A stretch of 31,097 nt of DNA from a virus (Duplodnaviria; Caudoviricetes), in the IMG/VR virus record IMGVR_UViG_3300029318_000059, positions 1 through 31,097 of that record; one strand, written 5' to 3'. Positions 1 through 8,600 of this stretch are shown piece after piece. The notes under the pieces were generated by a model. The model made no database searches. It had not been told where the DNA came from and saw only the letters and a program-made list of their open reading frames with translations. The translations under genes and the position numbers were made by a program. Positions within the stretch are counted from its first letter, which is position 1, and every line of letters starts with the position of its first letter.

Positions 1-26
1 ATCTCGTTGTAAAAATACTCAAACAT
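1..26 (-). CDS. gp15: 5' end of tail sheath stabilizer/tail completion protein (T4 gp15 homolog), truncated by window edge
   Basis: Reverse complement of 26..1 is ATG TTT GAG TAT TTT TAC AAC GAG AT = MFEYFYNE(I), an N-terminus typical of cyanophage gp15. It directly follows gp14 and is preceded by a TTAAATA motif. Not in the ORF track. Confidence 0.8.
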
Positions 27-47
27 TATTTTACAGGTATATACCTC

Positions 48-54
48 TATTTAA
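48..54 (-). promoter_or_regulatory. Putative T4-type late (gp55) promoter upstream of gp15
   Basis: TTAAATA on the minus strand about 21 nt upstream of the ATG at 26; variant of TATAAATA. Confidence 0.55.
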
Positions 55-64
55 CAGTTTTGTA

Positions 65-1534
65 TCAAGGCATTCCAAATGGATTACTTTGAGAGAAATC
101 TATAATAGTATCTGCTTCTATCTCTATATTATCATTATCAGCATATGGATCAACAATATCATCGGTGTTAATACTTCCGACAGTATACTTTGCTCCAGAC
201 TCAGAACCAGTTAATACCTCACCCTCGGTAAATGAACCACTTATAACTCCGACTTCCATAACGTCTGTAACACCATTCCATTCTTTAACTCTTGCAGTCG
301 TTCCAGAGATTGATCCAGTGACTATCTCATTGAATACAAACGTTCCTCCAATACCTGTTTCTCCACTTACATTAGGAGCACTAATTGTTATAACAGGTGC
401 AGAACCGTAACCCTCACCACCATCTAAGATGTAGATAGCTGTCACGATACCAGATGCATTTATTGTAGCAATACCTATTGCATCTCTCGTCGGAGGTGCA
501 CCGGCACCATTACTAAAGTCTTCTTGATTAGTACTGAATCTAATGGTATTTGAACTAAATCGAACACTACCTTGAGTAACACCAATTGATACAGTTGGTG
601 CAGTTACATATCCAGATCCACCATTCGTAACTGTAAAGGTTTGAATAGAACCGTTTGTTGAAATACCAGTGGTCGCTGCAAATCCAGATCCACCACCACC
701 AAGAACAGTGATTACAGGTGCTACTGTATATCCACAACCTGCGTTTGTTATATTAATCGCAGATACTTTACCAGATTTACCATCACAAGCAGGATAAGTA
801 TAATTTACTGATGCAATACCAACCGCAGTTGTCTCTCCACTCGGAGCAGATGAGAATCCAACCCTTGGTTGAGCAGTGAAACCTCTTCCCATATTTGAGA
901 GGTAGATCTTATTAACTGCTCCAGAAGAACAAATAGTTGCTGTAGCAGTAGCTGTTGTACCAGCACCGATTAGATTTAATGTTTGAATATAACCAATTTG
1001 TTCGATTTCATCATCAATCTCGGTAATATCCGTGTCAATTACCTCATCTTCATATCTGAAGAGTTCACATCTTAATTCATATACGTAAGTCTTCTTGAGT
1101 TGGTAGAAGGGTTGTTCATGCTCAACAAACTTAATTTCAAATAATCTATCTCCCAGTGGGAAATAAATTAAGTCTCCCTCTTTAGGTCTCGTGTTTAACT
1201 CAACACCAGTTAAGTCTCTTGTAAGTGGGGAGATATAATTTTCAAATCTTTCTTTGGAGATGATAAGTTGAAGATCATCTCTATTTTCAATACCAAATTT
1301 TGAAAGAATAGTTCCCTGACCAGTATATCCTTCATAATTATCAATATATGCTTCTAGAGGATATGCATTTTTGAATTCAGATTCAACTACCTCTTTTATG
1401 ACTTTATTTGTAGTTGCGTATGTCCTTGGAAGATAATGTACCTCCACACCATACATCTGCAACTGTTCGTTTACAAGACTCTGGATTAGGTTTTGTTCGG
1501 ATCTAGTACCGTTAAGAAAAAAGGGATTTAACAT
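65..1534 (-). CDS. gp14: Neck/head-completion protein (T4 gp14 homolog), extended cyanophage form, 489 aa
   Basis: N-terminal MLNPFFL..EQNLIQSLVNEQLQMYGVEVHYLPR, RPKEGDLIYFPLGDRLFEIKFVEHEQPFYQL, YELRCELF and C-terminal IIDFSQSNPFG are gp14 signatures; located between gp13 and gp15. Confidence 0.95.
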   Translation of the reverse strand: MLNPFFLNGTRSEQNLIQSLVNEQLQMYGVEVHYLPRTYATTNKVIKEVVESEFKNAYPLEAYIDNYEGYTGQGTILSKFGIENRDDLQLIISKERFENYISPLTRDLTGVELNTRPKEGDLIYFPLGDRLFEIKFVEHEQPFYQLKKTYVYELRCELFRYEDEVIDTDITEIDDEIEQIGYIQTLNLIGAGTTATATATICSSGAVNKIYLSNMGRGFTAQPRVGFSSAPSGETTAVGIASVNYTYPACDGKSGKVSAINITNAGCGYTVAPVITVLGGGGSGFAATTGISTNGSIQTFTVTNGGSGYVTAPTVSIGVTQGSVRFSSNTIRFSTNQEDFSNGAGAPPTRDAIGIATINASGIVTAIYILDGGEGYGSAPVITISAPNVSGETGIGGTFVFNEIVTGSISGTTARVKEWNGVTDVMEVGVISGSFTEGEVLTGSESGAKYTVGSINTDDIVDPYADNDNIEIEADTIIDFSQSNPFGMP

Positions 1535-1540
1535 ATGTCA

Positions 1541-2413
1541 TCACCCTATCATGTCAAGAGGTGGTAACTCATATGTACTCAACATTCTCTCCTGTATACG
1601 ATCGAGTTCTGCTTGTGCGTCATCATATAACTGTCTTCCGTTGAATTCAATACCACCAGGTAGTTTGACTCCTTGGAACTTTATCAAATTCTGACCCCAC
1701 TGTTTCTTTATAAGTGCTGTCAGATATGGTTTTAAGAAAGAATCATTGTAGACTCTTGGATAATCATTGGGATCAGCAGTTCTCCAACAATCAATAATAA
1801 TAAACTCACCAACTTTGAGATTACTCCAATCAATATCAAGATACATTCTATCTTTTCTTTGATTGAATCTAATTTGTTTATGTGTATTCAGAAGGAAATT
1901 CATCGATTCCAAATACGACATAGCCATTGAGTAACTCAACAAATCTGTGTTACCCCAATAGTAGATATCATTTAGGAACAGTTGATACTTGAAACTGAAC
2001 ATGTTCGATGAGCTAATTGATTGAGCATCATCGTATTGAAATACTTTGTTAATCCCGATGACATTAGGTGGGATTTGAAGAAAGTTACTATTTTCATAAT
2101 ATGTAAATGTAGTTGCAGTTCCTACGATAGTTGTACTTGCCGCAGTTGAAGCAATACCAACCGATGGTCGCCCAGAACCTTGAGCAGGAGCACCAGGTGG
2201 TCTTGCCTTACCCCTATCAACATCAGCCTGAGTTATCTGATACTTGAGGTATGTTTGACCCACACCATCAAAATGTCTCTCTTGAAAATATTGAATTGCA
2301 TCGTCTACAAGGTCTTCAATCTGTTCATCAGCCACGTTGATCTCCAATACAGGAGCACCCAACTGTCTTAAACAATAATCAATAAGTTCTTGTCTAGTAC
2401 TAGGCTGTGCCAT
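1541..2413 (-). CDS. gp13: Neck protein (T4 gp13 homolog), 290 aa
   Basis: RQELIDYCLRQLGAPVLEINV and ALIKKQWGQNLIKFQGVKLPGG...PPLDMIG motifs; adjacent to gp14. Confidence 0.96.
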   Translation of the reverse strand: MAQPSTRQELIDYCLRQLGAPVLEINVADEQIEDLVDDAIQYFQERHFDGVGQTYLKYQITQADVDRGKARPPGAPAQGSGRPSVGIASTAASTTIVGTATTFTYYENSNFLQIPPNVIGINKVFQYDDAQSISSSNMFSFKYQLFLNDIYYWGNTDLLSYSMAMSYLESMNFLLNTHKQIRFNQRKDRMYLDIDWSNLKVGEFIIIDCWRTADPNDYPRVYNDSFLKPYLTALIKKQWGQNLIKFQGVKLPGGIEFNGRQLYDDAQAELDRIQERMLSTYELPPLDMIG

Positions 2414-2437
2414 CTATAATTAGACCTATCTATATGT

Positions 2438-2671
2438 CTATTTATTTAATAAATCGGTGATGGTATGAAGCATATTCTTTATGTCATTCACATCACTTTT
2501 CAGATTTGTCACTTCATCCTGTAAATTGACAACTTCTTGTTGTTGTTCATTTAATTTTTCACGACGTTTCAAATATGATTTAAAGTCATCATTATTCTTA
2601 TTAACAATAGCACCTGAATGGGTATCTCTATAATACCCATCCATGCCCTCAACAGGAATCATTTTACTCAT
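2438..2671 (-). CDS. Small hypothetical protein (77 aa) with C-terminal coiled coil, of the type that follows VrlC-like genes in cyanomyoviruses
   Basis: PVEG...YRD..SGAIVN N-terminus and heptad pattern LQDEVTNLKSDVNDIKNML; the ATG overlaps the upstream stop (TAATG at 2669-2673). Confidence 0.88.
   Translation of the reverse strand: MSKMIPVEGMDGYYRDTHSGAIVNKNNDDFKSYLKRREKLNEQQQEVVNLQDEVTNLKSDVNDIKNMLHTITDLLNK
2439..2446 (-). promoter_or_regulatory. Putative late promoter upstream of gp13
   Basis: AATAAATA overlapping the last codons and stop (AAT AAA TAG) of the upstream ORF, 25 nt before the gp13 ATG. Confidence 0.7.
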
Positions 2672-5600
2672 TATGCTAATGCAATACCTCTCAGATTTCT
2701 AATCATCGGCGCAACTGCTTGATCTGTAGATGTACCAATGATTTTAATTCTAAATGAACTGAAAGAAACCAAGTCATCAATACTATACTTATATTCTCTA
2801 AACATGTCTACAGTAGGAAAAGGTTCGAAAGAATCAACTTTAGGAATTAATTGATCTGGAGTTCCATTACTCTTACCACGTTCAAGGACTGAACCATTTA
2901 CGTCCAAGTTTTTAAATCCAGGGAAAGGAACAAAAATTGTTTCATCCACTGGTTTATCTTGATCAAGTGCAAAGAATACTCTGATGTCATTCTTTGTTGA
3001 ACAATATGCATCGAATAATACTTGTAAAGATGTTGCAGGATTTTCTAACCTAATGTTCTTGGATACGTAGACGAATCTGTTTGGATCATCTATCGTCCCA
3101 GAAACTTTGAAGTCACCAGCATAATTTGTAATTGGTTGATTAATTCTATTACTTGTGAATACAACAGATGCATTATCAAGATCAATAGCAGGAGATAATC
3201 TTGTATCTACCGTAGTTAAATCACACGTCAAGGTGAATGATCTTTTACCTGGGAATAAATCGGAATTAAGTAAAAGTTCTTCATTTCTTCCAGAAGCAAG
3301 CATCCTGAGAGAATCAAAATAATTTGGTTCAAATAGATTTACCTCTTGGAATCCCTGATCAACCATATTCTCTTGATTACCAGATACACTGGATGCACTG
3401 ACAGTTCTTACCTGAGAAATCAAATTAGTTCCAAGAGGTGTAATATTTGTAATTCTTGGAATAATCATGTGGAATGGTATATTATGAGTACTTTGTACAA
3501 GAGGACCACCTGCAACCTTTTTATCATTAAAGTAAAGTGGTGGGAAACCTTCTGAGTTAGCAGGTGCTCTGTTAGTACCATTTGCATTCATTAAAACTTT
3601 TACATAATAATAATCAAGACCAATAGCAGGTTCATCGAGTTCTGATTCTACAACATTGGCTAATTGATGTTCTCTGTTGATTCTCCTTAGAGATACACCA
3701 TCTAATTCATACTTATAGATCAACTCACCTAAAGAATGGGTAGAAAGTGTCGTATTATCAACACCTCTCGTAATTCCAGTAAGTGTCCTTCCATTTACAC
3801 CTGTATAACTTATAATCTCATCACCGATTCTTACATAACCTGGGTTTGTGCCTGCAACCCCAATATTTTCAAATGTTTTGAAAATTTCTGAATCACTTTC
3901 AAGAGTGATGAATGAGGTAGTATCAAATGGATAGTCTTGTGCTAAATTATTTGTAACTACATCACTTTGTACATTTTCAATTGTAGCTCTGTTTGTATTA
4001 GAGTATAATCCATGATTTCTCTTAAATACTTTCATGTAATCACCTTGATGTGCAACTGTTATAGGTGATAAAGGAATTACGTCTCCACCTACACCGTTGA
4101 GTTCTGTAGTAAAACCAACGTTGTTTTCGTAGTAAAGTGGATATGCAGAATTTGTAGAGAAATTACCCTGAACATTTTCAAGAACAAGAGTGTTGTTTCC
4201 AAGTAATTCTTGTACTGAAAGCTGTATTCCAGATCCAAGATCAAGAGAACCAACACTGACTGGAGTCAATACATCACCAACCACATAACCAGAACCACCA
4301 GCATTAATGGTTGCGGCAACTGCAACCCCACCATTAATTGTAATGTCTACAGTACCGTTAATACCCTTACCAGTAATTGCTGTGAGTGCAACACCAGTGT
4401 AAGTGAAACCACCCAATGATGGTGTAAAACCAGAACCCACATTTGTGAGTGAAAGATCGCCCGTTGCAGAACCAGCAAATGCTACAAGAGTACCTTGTGC
4501 TCCAATACTTAACTGTTTGACCGTGTTACCAACCTGTAAAGGATGAGGAACATCACTATCATGATTGACAGTGGTTCCAAGTCCAACTCTTAACTGTCTT
4601 GGTTCAAGTGAAATACCATTTGGATCCACAGATGACCCTGACCTAAAGGCCTTAGTGAATCCTGGATTATAGAATGAAACTGAACCAGATGTACTGAATT
4701 CTGCCCTATAAAGTTTAAATTTAAGATCTTCATATTGACTTGGTGTCCAGACAGATGCATTTTGTGATTTGAACAGAGAACCAAGAAGAGGTTGTTCAGA
4801 AACAATTACTTGATCTGATTCACCCCCTCCCAAGGTTGTAATATCAACTTCACCCAATCTGCTTATGTAGACACTGTAATCTGTTGAATGACTCTTGAGA
4901 ACCATTGCATATTCTTTACCTGCCTCAAGGTAAACTGGTGATTGGAAAGTAAAAGTTGTTACTGCAGAACCATCATCACTAAGTTGTACTTGATTTGGAT
5001 TTAATGTAACTTGAGAGAATGGAAGAATTTTTTCAGATGGTGTACCAAGATATGTTTCCCTTATTTCGAATACAACTGGAACTCCATTATCTGACTTAGT
5101 TCTAAAGTAAATATCAACCTTCGTTACAAAAATACCAGTATCATCATCAATCAAAAATGTCTGTGCTAAAGGATCTGGATCTGGTAATGGTCTTGGAGCC
5201 GGCCGCGGGGGTCGTGGTCTAGGTCTAGGTCTTCTTCTTATTTGTCTGTCAACATCAACATCAACATCAGTTTCTGTATTTACAATTGTAAACGATATTT
5301 CCTCCGTTTCTGCACTGTCACTTAGAGTTCTTGTATCAGTAAATTCTTGTCGTCCAACTCTAGCATTCCTGAGTGACAAAGTGGTTTCTTGTGTAGTTGT
5401 AAGATCTCCTTGAGAATAGAAAATTGATTCACCCGATGTGGTAACTGTTCCTTGAATAGAACTATTAGTACTACTGCTTGTAAGTCTAAATAAAGATCTT
5501 CCTGTTTCAAATGATGGGTTAGATGAATTTCCAGATTCTGGCACTCTAAATGAAGCCAGCAGAGTTCCGACTCTATCAGTTACAAGTCTCTTTCTTCTTA

Positions 5601-8600
5601 CTCTTGCTTGAGCACCACTGGTTTGACCAGTTAATATCATATTCGTTTCAACACGTCCAAAATATTGTGGGAAGTCTGTAGATTGAAGACTAAACAGATC
5701 CACATTTAATGTTGAAGATGAAGAAGAATACAGCTCAGGAATTTGATTATCACGACTGTATGGATTAGATCCATAAAAGTCTGTAGGGGAAGTATAGGGA
5801 CCAAATTTGTGATTTGAATTTGCTACTCTAAATCTAGCTCGGGGCGAACTGTCCGAATTGAACATTTGTACACCACCATTATTCATATCACCAAGAACAT
5901 CCTCTCCAGGTAGGAATGTTCCGTGAATCATTTCAATTTCAATAAGTTTTGGAGTACAGAATTTAGTGACCGCAACTCCATCAAAGAAAGAATAAACTCT
6001 GGTAAATGGTTTTAATGACGATCCTTTGACAGTAATATTACGAGATCTCATAAAGTTGATGATCTCAGTATTAACTACAAAATTACCAAGTGTTTCGGTA
6101 TTAATTTGCTCATTAACTGTAAACTGAGTACCAGTTCTCTGTTGATTAAGTGAAACAGATGATGTTGCTGAGATATTATGATCGTTGGTCGTAGTTGTTG
6201 TAGTTTCTGTAGTTGTAGTGTTCTCAGTTATTATCCGAGCACCTCTATCGCGTACTCTAGTTCTGGTATTACTATTCGATGTTGAAACTGATGAACTTTG
6301 TGATCGGTCTGACAACGATAGGTCTAAGTTAACACCAGTAGTTTCCCAAGAATTCCAGATTGTTGGAGTCACACCAACACTCTGACCATCAGCGTTTGTA
6401 GTAACTTCTGCACCAAGTGCTTCTGCAATTCCTTGGAAAGAACCTTCCATCATTACATTATTAATTTCTGCCTGGGTGGTGTCAATCCAAACATCAACTT
6501 CTGGTGTCAATTCAACATTTCCTTGCCAGAATTGTACAAGGTATGGTGTCACACTTTCAACTCTTGTTGCATAAGGTTGATTCAACCATTCAACATCAGT
6601 ATAATCGAGAGTAACAGTTTGACCAGTTTTTCTTACATTTACACCAATAGGATTTGCAAATTCAGTATCTAAACTTGTATTAGATTCATTACTAACACCA
6701 TCTATTACACGAGTGCTAAGTTGAAGATTTAATGCAGTGGTGTGATGTGATGGTCTAAGGATTCCATTTCTTCTATCAATACTATTTCTAATACCAATCG
6801 AGGTATCCTGAGGTTCAAGACTTGAGAAGTTGTCAACAAATACTCCAGACTTAAATCTGTTTAGTCCATTAGCATCCTCTACGAATGAATTGAGTGTTTG
6901 TGATTCGAGTTGATTGAGAGATGTATAATATTCTAGATTTTTAATCCTTTGCTCAAGTTTTGCTATATCAGTCATCTGATATCTCTTATGTTCAATAAAT
7001 TTGACTTCAGCGTCAGAGACATTATAAAGGAATGGTGGTAGATATATCGTAGCAATACTCATAGTATTACTAATAGCCGGAGGCATTTTTGGATCGTCTT
7101 CTGCAGCACCCTCAGTTAAACCTAAATTTCCTTCAGTATCAATAAATATTCTATCTACTCTACCCAAGAAATAAGCATAATCTAAAGTCATTGACTCATC
7201 AGATGCAATGACGTGAGGTGCACTATGTAGTCTTCCACTTTGACCGTCTGCAAAACTTCTTCCACTAAATTCAAATGGTGAATTTGCACCTTCAGATACT
7301 GAGTAATCAGCAACTCTTGGTCTCACATCAATAATATCAGAAACTCTAAATCCATCTATTGCACCAAGATCTTTACCATAATCAAATGCTTCATATGAAC
7401 CTATTGTTGTAATGTCCCCATCATCAGAATTTTGATATCCTGCAGATGCGTAGTAAATACGAATTTTTTTAGAAGGGGCTTGAACTTCTGCTCTTCTTAC
7501 GATACGAGAATAATCGTAAATAGTCGATCTTTGTCCATTGTCAAATTTAAAGTCAGATGTTATATTTTTTGAACCAAGTTTTACTAAAGATGAGACACCA
7601 CTTACGGATGAAGTTTGGAATTTAATTTCCTCATTATTCAAGAACGATGTATCGTTCAAATAAGAAAAATAGATATTTGTATCGTCAAGTTTTTGTAAAT
7701 AAATTGCCTTAGCACCACTTGTTTGACCAATCAAAGTTTCTCCAATGATTAAATCATTAGTGGTTGCAGTATTGCCGTTAAGTTGCCCTAATGTCATATA
7801 AGGAGCAGTGGGATCAGTGGTATCTTCTGATTCAAAAATACCATAAATTTTATATACATCTGGTGTGTTCAATGAAATTTGATCATCTTGAACTCTTGTT
7901 CCATAAGGATATTCACCGTACTCAAGACCATCATTAAGTGTGGTTGATCCAATACCAGATGCAGCATCTCTAGACTTATTGATAATAATATCTTTCGAGA
8001 TATTTTTTATTTTTGTTTTTGCTTTAACTTTACTTTTTCTTATAGTAGTGATTAATCTTGAACCCGTATCATTAGCTCCAAGACCGTTGATCTGTAAAGT
8101 AGTTGAACCATTTGTTAGTGAAAATCTATCTTCCGACAAAATTTCAGTATCACCATTTGATCTTATAAGAATATATCTTTCCTCATCATAAGGTAAAAAT
8201 ACTTCATTTTCTCCTGCATTAATAGAAGAAGTTGAATTATCTGTAATAGATGTAGTATATTGTCTTCTTATTATAATGTCAGAATTAATAAGATCTACTG
8301 ATTCAATGTTTACTTTAGGTAAACTTGTAAATAATGTATTATTACCAGAAGTGTTACCCGACCTTTGACCACCAGCCAGTTTTGTTGTGATTAATTCAAG
8401 ATTTTGAACTGTCTCAACTGATGTTGGAAGAGCACCATTACATACTCCAGTTACCGATTCAACGGCCTCAATTGCAAAATTAGTTGCTCCAACACTTACA
8501 ACTCTACCAAGACTTTGAATATCAAAAGCATTTCTTGAATATCTAACTATATTTCCTACAGTTACAATACCAACAAAACTAAAACCAGGGTCTGCTGGAA

